Below are positions 27,001 through 34,945 of a DNA stretch of 48,337 bases, piece after piece (positions within the stretch are counted from its first letter, which is position 1; each line of letters starts with the position of its first letter). The notes under the pieces were generated by a model that worked only from the letters and a program-made list of their open reading frames with translations, did not search any database and had not been told where the DNA came from. This DNA comes from a virus (Duplodnaviria > Heunggongvirae > Uroviricota > Caudoviricetes). The stretch is taken from the IMG/VR virus record IMGVR_UViG_3300042484_000872, positions 1 through 48,337 of that record; one strand, 5' to 3'. Position numbers and translations under genes: made by a program.

Positions 27001-30000
27001 TGAAATTAATATCTTCACTAGGTCCTACCTTTGTAAGTCTTTTGTATAAATTCTCATAAGTAGGATCACCCTTAGCCATATCTTTAAGTCTAGAAAGCAT
27101 GTCATCAGGATCTACAGAATCATAAAGTTTATTCTTTAGTTTAATGAACACTTCATCAGCAGGCATAAGAATAGCACCACCAATAGATGAACGTGTATTT
27201 TTTAATTCTCTTTCTCCTTTTTCATTAACTCCTATATATGATACAGGAAGTGTACCTAACAATAATTTGATAGCACCATTTGATTTTCTGAATGAATCAA
27301 TCTTTCTAGCATCTTGCCAGTCTGATTTACCAGAAGCATCTTCATCTCCTAATATAAGTTCATCGTTCTCATCAAATTCTATATTAAACGTTTTAAGCTT
27401 TGCTTTATGTTCTTTGATAATATTATCCCATTGGTCATATACATTGTTGTATAGAGCCTCAATATCATTATATTGTTTTATAGAATCTTCTACAGATGTT
27501 GCACCACTAGCAACATTATCTTCTATAAGATCTGCTTGGTGACCAATAACATCTAAGATTCTAACTTGTAACATTTCATACAGCTCTTTCTGTCTAGGTT
27601 TAACTATATCAAATAAGCTTTCTTTTCTATCAATAAGATCTTTAAGTGTGATGAATGTCATCTCTTCTATAATCTCATGTAATTGAACAGCAGGAATATT
27701 CTTCACTCTAAGGTCAGAACTAGCATCAGCTGTAGCATTCTCTATATCTATTACACCACTATTAGCATATGCTAATTGTGAAACATAAGGATTGTATGTA
27801 GCATAATATCCATTACCAATTTTATTGAATAATTCTTTAGTATTACGTTGAGCATTCTCTCCTGTAAAGAAAGATTTAATGAAGTCAATCAATTGAGAGA
27901 ATAATCTACCTATCAAACTTTTTGAAGTTATTGGTTCTCCTAATTTATCTTTAAGAACAGCATCTCTAAACTCTTCAGCAAGTTCTTCTTTAATTTGATG
28001 AGGTACAGCATCTTTATATGCTACCGTGTTCCCTGTTTCTCTATCTACAAATGTTCCTGGTCTACTTGCAAATTCTTTAAGTACTGCTTCTTTTTCTTTT
28101 GCATCAGCAAACATTTTCCATACAGCTTCAAATACCTCGTGATACACAGTACCAATTTCAGCATTCTCATATACATAGATAGCACCTTTGTGCAGCATAC
28201 CCCAAGCTTGTTTACCATTGGTAGCTTGAATGATATTCTTCACTCTATATAAAGGAACATTAGGAAGCATCTTCTTAATACCTTCTTCTAACTTAGCCCA
28301 GTCTTCACCTTGGAACTTCTTAGCTTGGTTAGCTAAAGCAACACGCATAGATGAATCATCAGGTGTTTGTCCTCTTTGTCTATTAGCAAACTTACTTGCT
28401 CCAGCAGGTTTTTGTACAGCAGGTGCAATAGGAGCAGGTGTTATAACTTCAGCAACTACAGGAGCTTCTAATGCTTGACGTATTAAATTTTCTGCTTGAG
28501 CTACATTTGTAATTAATACTTCTCTAGCTTTAGCTCCTTTAAATTCTCCAATAATACCAAGTTTTTCAAGAGCTTCTATATATCTTGCTGCTTTATTATA
28601 TCCTAGTTTAAATCTTCTTTGTAATAAAGATGCACTTCCTTGACTTGTTTCAATAACAACATTGGCTGCTTGTATTAAATCATCTATAGCTTTTCCTCTA
28701 TCTTCTTCTATTACACTATACATAATTAATTCTTCTACTGTTTTTTCATCAGCAGCTTGTACGCTTGGTGTAAATGGTGTAGCAATTGGAGGAGCAACAG
28801 GAATCTTTAATGCTTCTAACTGTGTAGAAACTTTAGCATATATATTGTTACCAATCATCTGCTGTGCTTCTGCTTGTGTAATACCTTTATCAGCCATTAC
28901 ATTTCTTAATACTTCTTGATCGTATGAAGGGAATTGAATATTAAATCCTTCTCCAACTTCATTAAACTTTTTACCATCTAATGTAAATATGATTTTACCA
29001 TACTTACCTATCTGTATAGTGTTCTCTGCTAGTCCATCTAATACAAATGTAGTTTGTGGAGCATCAGCTGCAGGTACCTTTGATTTAGTTTGGAATGCAT
29101 CTAACTGTGGTCTTAGCTTATTTAATATTGCAAAATATACTTGGTCTTGAGCTTCTTTAACATCTTTAGGTTTACTAGGATCAAGACCTCTAGCATTCAT
29201 CAATGCTGTCATTGTATCTGCTTCAAATGTAATACTGAACCCTTCTTCTTCTTTTGTATCTATAAACTTTTGTGCATCTAATGTAAAAGGAACATTACCA
29301 TACTTACCTAATTTATAATCATTAGGCTCACCTTCTAAGTTATATACTTTTGCAATAGCTACAGCTGGTGTAGTAGCAGTTGGTACAGTTGTTTTATTTA
29401 ATATAGCTAGTTGCTCATCAATATATTTATTTAAAAGATATTTACTAACAATGTTCATCACCTTAGTATTATCACCTTTTACTGCCTCAAGACTTTCTCT
29501 TAAGTCATTTTCTAATTGTACTGGTTCTAAAGTCTCTTGCCAATTTGTATATTCATCTTCATTAATTACATTAAATATTCCATCCATTAATGGTTCAATG
29601 TTTTCTTCAGTGTTGATAGCTGCTTTGATTTTTTCTAATGATGTCTTCTTAATATTAGGATCAAGTTTAGCTGTAGCTTTAGGTGCAGCTGTAGCTACAA
29701 CTGGAGGAGCTGGAATTTGATAATCATCAGAAGTTGAGTCCAATGTAAAATAGATCCCTTTCTTATTAGGAATAGCAGGATCTGTTAATGGTCTGATTTG
29801 TGTAACCAAAGGAATTTCATCATTAGTTCTTCCTTCAGATGATAATAGATATGTTTGATAGTTATCCCATTCTTTTTTGATAGGTTGACCATTCTCATCT
29901 ATACCTACTATTTCAGTGTATTTCTTTTTGAATGAATCTATATTAACTTTAGTAGCATTTACATTGTTATACATTCCTTGAAGAATAGCAATGATCTCAG

Positions 30001-33000
30001 ATTTTTTATTCTCTAATCCAGTTGGTGTAAAATCAAACCCTTCAGTTTGTAATCCTGACATGTATAATTTAGTAGAAGACTTGTTACCTTCTGTAGTAGT
30101 CTCAAACCATACATTATTGTATCCAGGATCTTTTCTTTCACCTGTTTGTGTATTTTTAGCAATACCCCAGTAGACAATAGTTTTTAACCAATTGAATAAG
30201 TATTGTGTCTCTTTTGTTTTTACAGTGCCATCTTTTGAAACATTCTTAGTTACTTGATGCATAACATCAAATATAGTGTTAGCTTCTTTCTCAGTTAACT
30301 GTCTGTTTTTTAGTTTAACTAATCCACCAGGAACTTTTAAGAACACTCTACCTTTAGGAGTTTCAAATGTCACCTTACCATAACTAACAGATTCATTAGT
30401 TGTAGCAACTACCAACACTGGATCTTGAATCAATGCTCCTTCTTCTAATAGTCCTGTAGTTTCTACAGCCACTCTAGCATCATAATCTCTTACCTCTTTA
30501 CCTTTGTCATCTAGACGTGTTACATAATCAGGAATACCAAATGATGCAGATACATCTTGTGGAGCAGGAAGAGAATCTTCTTGCAAACGATCAGTTCTCC
30601 ATTTAGCATATTGTTCTTTTAATGACTTTTGTATATACTCAGGAGTAGCTTTTCTAAACATAGAACCTCTCTCTGTTTTACCTTCAGCATCTTTATAATT
30701 AGCTTCTAGTTCAGCACTAGGAAACACTTGATATATAGCATGGTTAACTGGATCAGCTAACTGTGCAGATGTAAATGGTACACCATTCTCATCAACTAAT
30801 GTCATAGTACCATCTTCATTATCTTGTACCATTACAAGAGTGACAATAGTATTAGGATTGATAGGTTTACCATCAGCACCGATAGCTCTTCCACCATCAG
30901 TTAGATTATCCATTAACCCAGGAATAATTGAGTCTTCTGTTTTAGCTGTAACTACAACACCACGTATAGAATTTTTATTTTCAAACTTGTGCATGTTGAA
31001 ACCAAAACGATTTGCTCTTACATGATGTTCTCTAATCTTCTCACCTGGTTTACCTTTGGTAACAGCAACTGTTGAGCTAACTAAATCAAGATCATCTTTC
31101 TTAGATGAAGCTTCATAGCTTTGTTTACCAAAGAAACTTTGTACAGATTCACTGTTAGTTCCTAGGTATTCAGCACGAAGAGCTTGATCATTTTGTAATC
31201 TTCTATCCTCAGCTAATTGTTGCTTATACTTGTCAGCTATATCTTTAAATTTATTTAATATAATTTCTTTTGCTTCAATCTCTCTTTGCACTTCATCCAT
31301 TGAATCTTGCATTATAGCTAAGTGCTCAGTAAGATCTTTCAGTCTTTCTTCATTAGGAGTTACCTCACCATCTTCCATATTAGAAATGATATCATCTATC
31401 ATCTGTAAGTCAGATCTGTAATTAGGTTTAACTTTAAGGAAGTTTGGATTATCTCTTAAGAAATCAACCCAGTCTTGTCCCATAAGTCTAGGGACATTTG
31501 GATACTTAGATTCAAATGAAGATATAAGTTTAGATAAATAATCAATAGTTGAGTCTAATGCAGCTTGCACATCTCTTGATAACTTAGATAAAACAGTAAT
31601 TTGTTTCTGAGTTGTTTCTTGTAACACTTCAAGGTCTAGGATTTCATCTTGTAACTCATCCATGAAGTCTTTAAAGTTGGTTGAATACTCATCTATATTA
31701 GAAGCCATATCTGTAATATAGCCAAGAGTGAATTCAATCTCTTGTGAGTCTGTCTTTAAATCTTCTATTTCTCTTTCTAATTGGTCTTGCATTCTAGATA
31801 GACGCATAGCATTATCAAGAGCTTTTGTTGTAGCAGCTTTAAATCTAACAGCCTTTGTACGTTTATCAAGTTGAGCTTCTTCTATTTCTTTTTCTAGAAG
31901 AGTATATTCTTCTTTAGCTTTGTTAAGTTCTTGTTGTTTCTGCTCAATAGTTTTATCAAGTCTCTCTTGTTTTCCAACTAATGTATCAAACAAATCATTT
32001 AATACAGCAAGACGTGCTTCACGTTTAGCATCTATACGTGGATCTTTCTCAGCAACATATTCAGATTTTGCTTTTTGTTGAACAGCAGTTAACTCACCAA
32101 TTTCTGTAATCATAGGTTGTGTAAACCCTTTCTTTTTATTTGCTTCAGTTAATTTAAATTGATCTCCTGTAACCTCAATCTCTTTACGTTCTCCTTTTTT
32201 GTTTTTATAAACAAAAAGCATAACATCATTTTCAGGATCATATTCAATTCTACCTTTTTGTTTACCTCCAGTTTTTGCACCAAAGTTAAACTCATAGACA
32301 GTATTCCAATGTTCCATATAGAACTTGGCTTTTTTATTTTTTAATGTAGATTCTACTTTTCCAAGATTATATTTCTCTAATGTAGATTCTTTTATATCAT
32401 GTATAACACCATCTGAATCTTGCACCTTAATTGTACCATCTTCATTTCTACCTAATACAATCATTCTAGGAGCACGATATACATCTTTACCCTCTTTACT
32501 TTTACCTACCACTCTTCCTAAGAAGTATTCAGTTCCTATCTCAATATCTCTCTCACCTTTTTTAGTTTTGATAGTGATAGTTTCTTTAAGTCCTTCTATA
32601 GTTTCTTTAAAGTCTCTTCTTTCTTGAGTATAAGTTTCTGGATTAGAAATAATATCATTATAATTTTTAAGATATTCTTTTCTTCTTAATGTTAATTCAA
32701 CAGTATCTTTTAAATTTTGTTTAACTTCTGCTGTATTTATTTCAGGGTTTATATCAAGCTCAGCTAATTTATCAGCAAGTGCTGTAGATTCTGGATTAGT
32801 TAATTCTTCATTAACAATAGATTGTACATCAATACCTTGACCAACAGGAAGAGCTGACACTTGAGGAATTCTTACATCATAGTTAGCCACTTTACTAGCA
32901 GCATAAATCATTTGTTCTATAGATGCATCAGAATATTTTCTTATCTGTTCTCCTTTAGCATTCAATACAGGTTTACCATCTTTATCTTTTAATATTTCAC

Positions 33001-34939
33001 CACTATATATTAAATTAGTAGACTTATATATTTGTTCTGTATTCTTAGCTGTAGTTTCAAAGTTTGCAAGTCTAGCATTAAATGTGGCAGCTGTATCATT
33101 CTCATTAGCAAGTCCTAATTGTTTAAGAGATGCAAGTCCTTCAGTTGTCATAGAAGTTTCTCTCATATCAGAGATATCATCCATAACCATATCCATTCTA
33201 CCGTATTTAATACGTGGAGATAAATAGTTATGCATCATATCAGAATTAATATCTTTTGCTTCTAATTCATCACCTTGTAAAATTGCAGCTTCTTGTTCTT
33301 CTTGAAGTGCTACACCTCTATTTACAGCATCTAATTTATATTGGAACGCTTCTTTATATGTAGGTGCATTATTAAGTTGTTCTAAAAATTTAGTAGTGTT
33401 TGTCTTAGTTGTTTTACCCATTAGGTAATTACCCTTAATTTGCATTGCTGCTCCAGTAAGTCCACCAATAAGACCTCCTTCAAGTCCTTCTTTAGATACC
33501 AATGCTCCAACATCTTTACCAGATTCATCTGTACCAAATAATCCATAAAGTACACCATCAACCATTACATCTGCTTCTTTTCCTTGATATGCTTTATTGT
33601 AATAGTTTTGTGTTCCTACTTGTACAGCATACTGACCTATCTCCTGACCCATCTCTTTAGGATCAAATATATACTTACCTACACCTTTTGTTTTATTATA
33701 TAATTTACCAAATTTTGTTGTAGCTTCTTTAGCAACATATTGACCATTTTTTAATACAACATTATCTACCGCACCAGCTAAACTATTTGCTGCTTGTCTT
33801 TCTGCAGCATATGAACTTCCCATTAATTTAGGAAGCTGCACATATTCTGTAGCAGTTAGTAATGCCATATTAGCAAGAAAAGATGTTTTACCTACCTTCT
33901 CTGTCTGAGCATCTATCTTCTTTAACTCTTCAGCATTTGGTGCTATTCCAAAGTTACCTCTTTTATGTTGTTCAATTAATTGATTTCTAAATTCATTAGA
34001 TGTTTGCAATCCTTCAAATGCAGATTCACCACCTTGAGAATATGTAGCTATACCTATTCTTTTACCTACATCATTTATCTTTGCAAATTGATTTGTTTGT
34101 TTTGCAATTTGTGCCATTTTAGATGTTCTCTCAGCAACATCTGCTATAGAAGAAATTTCTCCTTTTAATAAAGCAGCAGCCTCAGCATTCTTACCAACAG
34201 AGAAAGCTCTTGCTGTATTTTTTAATAATGGAGCAAATGCTTTAAATGATTGTGATGCTTCCATAGTTAATGCTCTAGCTGCAGCAGCTTCACCAATAGC
34301 TGTACCTGCTACACCAAGTACTTTACTAGCCATGTTACCAGATATAACAGCACCAACAGCAAATCCACTATTTTTGATTACTTTATCAAATAGAAAGTTT
34401 GCAGTCATCCAGTTATCTCTAGAATACCAATCAGCATTCTTTTCAGTATCTGTATAATAGTTAGGTAGATATTCTTGATCCACTTTTTCATTCCATTTAT
34501 CAATTCCTTGCATGACAGGGTTATCCCATATATCTGCAAGTCTTCCTGTAAACATAGCTGATACAGCTCCACCCACTGTAGCAAATCCACCAACAACTGT
34601 TGTTGCTGCAAGATTGGTTCCTTTTAGTATACCATTTACACCTTTTGATAATGTTGATTGTTGTGCTCCCCAAGCATCTTCGTTATTAGCTCCATAGACA
34701 ACTGTATCATATCTACCTGTTAAATCTCCTGCAACATCAGATAAATAAGTTTTACCTGGTTTTAGATCATTAGGATTTATTTGACTATTCATCATATTAA
34801 TCCTATCATCTTGTGATAATGCTTTTCCTGATCTTAACCCAGGAAATCCTGTAGTTAAAGGAGTTGTGTCTATAGAACCAACGTTAGGTGTAATTGGACC
34901 TCTTACATAAGGTTGTCCTGCTTTATTAGGCTGTAGCAT
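21032..34939 (-). CDS. Giant virion-packaged DNA-dependent RNA polymerase polyprotein (crAss-like, phi14:2 gp66-type core)
   Basis: AGSDFDIDKL catalytic motif at 23867-23884 (residue 3686); upstream FRIPTQ..NS double-psi-barrel motif; 4635 aa. Confidence 0.9.
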   Translation of the reverse strand: MLQPNKAGQPYVRGPITPNVGSIDTTPLTTGFPGLRSGKALSQDDRINMMNSQINPNDLKPGKTYLSDVAGDLTGRYDTVVYGANNEDAWGAQQSTLSKGVNGILKGTNLAATTVVGGFATVGGAVSAMFTGRLADIWDNPVMQGIDKWNEKVDQEYLPNYYTDTEKNADWYSRDNWMTANFLFDKVIKNSGFAVGAVISGNMASKVLGVAGTAIGEAAAARALTMEASQSFKAFAPLLKNTARAFSVGKNAEAAALLKGEISSIADVAERTSKMAQIAKQTNQFAKINDVGKRIGIATYSQGGESAFEGLQTSNEFRNQLIEQHKRGNFGIAPNAEELKKIDAQTEKVGKTSFLANMALLTATEYVQLPKLMGSSYAAERQAANSLAGAVDNVVLKNGQYVAKEATTKFGKLYNKTKGVGKYIFDPKEMGQEIGQYAVQVGTQNYYNKAYQGKEADVMVDGVLYGLFGTDESGKDVGALVSKEGLEGGLIGGLTGAAMQIKGNYLMGKTTKTNTTKFLEQLNNAPTYKEAFQYKLDAVNRGVALQEEQEAAILQGDELEAKDINSDMMHNYLSPRIKYGRMDMVMDDISDMRETSMTTEGLASLKQLGLANENDTAATFNARLANFETTAKNTEQIYKSTNLIYSGEILKDKDGKPVLNAKGEQIRKYSDASIEQMIYAASKVANYDVRIPQVSALPVGQGIDVQSIVNEELTNPESTALADKLAELDINPEINTAEVKQNLKDTVELTLRRKEYLKNYNDIISNPETYTQERRDFKETIEGLKETITIKTKKGERDIEIGTEYFLGRVVGKSKEGKDVYRAPRMIVLGRNEDGTIKVQDSDGVIHDIKESTLEKYNLGKVESTLKNKKAKFYMEHWNTVYEFNFGAKTGGKQKGRIEYDPENDVMLFVYKNKKGERKEIEVTGDQFKLTEANKKKGFTQPMITEIGELTAVQQKAKSEYVAEKDPRIDAKREARLAVLNDLFDTLVGKQERLDKTIEQKQQELNKAKEEYTLLEKEIEEAQLDKRTKAVRFKAATTKALDNAMRLSRMQDQLEREIEDLKTDSQEIEFTLGYITDMASNIDEYSTNFKDFMDELQDEILDLEVLQETTQKQITVLSKLSRDVQAALDSTIDYLSKLISSFESKYPNVPRLMGQDWVDFLRDNPNFLKVKPNYRSDLQMIDDIISNMEDGEVTPNEERLKDLTEHLAIMQDSMDEVQREIEAKEIILNKFKDIADKYKQQLAEDRRLQNDQALRAEYLGTNSESVQSFFGKQSYEASSKKDDLDLVSSTVAVTKGKPGEKIREHHVRANRFGFNMHKFENKNSIRGVVVTAKTEDSIIPGLMDNLTDGGRAIGADGKPINPNTIVTLVMVQDNEDGTMTLVDENGVPFTSAQLADPVNHAIYQVFPSAELEANYKDAEGKTERGSMFRKATPEYIQKSLKEQYAKWRTDRLQEDSLPAPQDVSASFGIPDYVTRLDDKGKEVRDYDARVAVETTGLLEEGALIQDPVLVVATTNESVSYGKVTFETPKGRVFLKVPGGLVKLKNRQLTEKEANTIFDVMHQVTKNVSKDGTVKTKETQYLFNWLKTIVYWGIAKNTQTGERKDPGYNNVWFETTTEGNKSSTKLYMSGLQTEGFDFTPTGLENKKSEIIAILQGMYNNVNATKVNIDSFKKKYTEIVGIDENGQPIKKEWDNYQTYLLSSEGRTNDEIPLVTQIRPLTDPAIPNKKGIYFTLDSTSDDYQIPAPPVVATAAPKATAKLDPNIKKTSLEKIKAAINTEENIEPLMDGIFNVINEDEYTNWQETLEPVQLENDLRESLEAVKGDNTKVMNIVSKYLLNKYIDEQLAILNKTTVPTATTPAVAIAKVYNLEGEPNDYKLGKYGNVPFTLDAQKFIDTKEEEGFSITFEADTMTALMNARGLDPSKPKDVKEAQDQVYFAILNKLRPQLDAFQTKSKVPAADAPQTTFVLDGLAENTIQIGKYGKIIFTLDGKKFNEVGEGFNIQFPSYDQEVLRNVMADKGITQAEAQQMIGNNIYAKVSTQLEALKIPVAPPIATPFTPSVQAADEKTVEELIMYSVIEEDRGKAIDDLIQAANVVIETSQGSASLLQRRFKLGYNKAARYIEALEKLGIIGEFKGAKAREVLITNVAQAENLIRQALEAPVVAEVITPAPIAPAVQKPAGASKFANRQRGQTPDDSSMRVALANQAKKFQGEDWAKLEEGIKKMLPNVPLYRVKNIIQATNGKQAWGMLHKGAIYVYENAEIGTVYHEVFEAVWKMFADAKEKEAVLKEFASRPGTFVDRETGNTVAYKDAVPHQIKEELAEEFRDAVLKDKLGEPITSKSLIGRLFSQLIDFIKSFFTGENAQRNTKELFNKIGNGYYATYNPYVSQLAYANSGVIDIENATADASSDLRVKNIPAVQLHEIIEEMTFITLKDLIDRKESLFDIVKPRQKELYEMLQVRILDVIGHQADLIEDNVASGATSVEDSIKQYNDIEALYNNVYDQWDNIIKEHKAKLKTFNIEFDENDELILGDEDASGKSDWQDARKIDSFRKSNGAIKLLLGTLPVSYIGVNEKGERELKNTRSSIGGAILMPADEVFIKLKNKLYDSVDPDDMLSRLKDMAKGDPTYENLYKRLTKVGPSEDINFKALDQNGIQLISAFWKSMKSQNADAISVFILPGGEVVISDSTLTSSAKQAKRDMTNEMIDKIKSNSIYFSYDPKTGRYFATDKIRSMILNGSKMESYTALLKELGITFDVKALKKLNDNQLENFRDAVEGIQNEFIRLNEKGKAKTQAEIDADEAEGKIARGIASLTPRALGIERRLFQLGLTKALIENKGFESTYFNMNGERTQTYIGVNTLSNLHNVLSKLNNIDELSTNPAYSQYKYLRTDAFAKGSVMLQNMFNLHPTKGTGKRIFGTEDLMKSDYIDGTDNQANGKKKESSKLTAKERIVQEINLNLDGFFLNLVPGDASIEWAVKMLNFIDSDSYADDAHIEIFKNYFISEVELARDGRFIVEGKGNKSTDLRFFKAILGKELNDKITKESNNKYTALELYEGKPSEKFKGYASEIDAAVNAFIKKDALDTETLLRDYSIINYGAEGLNIDDIAFDDKVELTEDSLKDNLQVLSINYMIANIEMHKLLYSDPYQYSDELKRIKNFNSPRQALMAGSQDINSALDAVYNKGYKPGDVGYTDMNNEFFRSITLGDVMSASDLKGYDPYEETDGGGYISLKANRIFGIRSGEWTTANEAQYRHDVAFEELVKSGATAKEIEKFDRNSPDVASTYTPRKPIVSGSKDNGRNYNDVVMHKFALLPLSFRLLYKINPESNAIKLYNKMQRENIDYTVYASGSKVGTEKISPLYNDEGEFDETPFEEAGDEVNIYEKQAVSNIPFSIMGVQAEVPSKEAAYVTQGSQITKLATLDFMEAGVPIDFDSATEDFNTRFVKWIKLSEDQKVEQSELYKDIKHNQEMLQAKIEYGYKSLLKKLGLKQTAKGFEISNVKKLTDTLRDEILKREVNYNITDALTGFEKGDTVLEATPAYQQIRNILYSIADKNVVSPKISGGMKVQVPGTLLESKRPGKQIVKGKNVYSSDLLRFYTRNENGKSINVCQIMIAKWFKSDMSDEALMDYFNNTEEGKKEFAAITGVAFRIPTQKQNSIDVFEIGKFLPQGYKDSVVIPSELVKKAGSDFDIDKLSIYLKNIYPSKDGKPKQVPYLGTGQEAVDKFGELYDNGEFNEYLKSKKDALPQGSVEDRLFESMFPEEYSLQREDVINDLYRQSLENEYITSLQALISNDLNFDNLIKPNSADDLKGLSKDINNKLGKTEIDYGAVGNMLSRGFMTSLRHAFVTGKYAIGIAAVNQTNHAQNQRSPIFIDTDKLDTVIDPVDKKWLGDAEIKFQEYNSIMVNGRNRATLSKIKSADNKTFISDTIGQFIDGYVDISKGPWIMEMGASPNVASTWMLLVKLGVPINTVGYFMNQPVIREYLKTIQNNGYSWLFIDKFVDNVKYDYIGGEDVEVTSIPSEKELGDMIGKSAENMNPTELAQQQFILDEFLKYAMMANHLFQVTQGSNFDTATINDPYLVFKKQEQLAKARNTIYSSIDNENKVVPAVDSILDNSFVGPLANVIYGVRDAFAEILISDRKNIRKVMQEVLRPYIGLNDRDFIKVSQKAVNDLFDWAVQNNRKLNNSVKKILLGTATEKSAAREIIEFRDKVLKDKTHPLFNNLILKSIQLESGKKIVLDEYELRDGNTYKRENINIPLLVKLGYSPKESRKMMNMIIPQVDNLSIKGRDGKVYDQNLIIYGFEELKEKLGDENKDLYGKLVRLAVIQSGLTNSPIAFTNLLPYEDFREFYNETLSNLENIPNLADFRQLDIMERSNWNNANITTFKKGRLQQSKKNPNSWYYPEKQFLSKKLEKKMLSGELPPMIVFSMFSREGSNDFVVYSSEGKITKAQRIKARRTGDTSHVEKGLFKKVYTVNEDGKRVPLVQESEYQGKFYFNYVYKAVNAWGDSFKAQEFYGKTFPLDPLSTVSRASVLDNGFIKVQYTENAEKQQLSPDEVEDSAIELALTGVTPNVAIIQQEEAEAPAAETREKSTIERILKDGNAYNIDDIKLGMLIKMGYTPSEVGEILKEIRKEIC

Positions 34940-34945
34940 ACTCTT

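Noticed and set aside
21032-34939. Intein as the explanation for the RNAP's size
   Set aside because: No HN-[C/S/T] C-terminal splice motif found (HN occurs only as HNY, HNV, HNQ) and no LAGLIDADG blocks recognised; an HMM scan would be needed to exclude atypical inteins.
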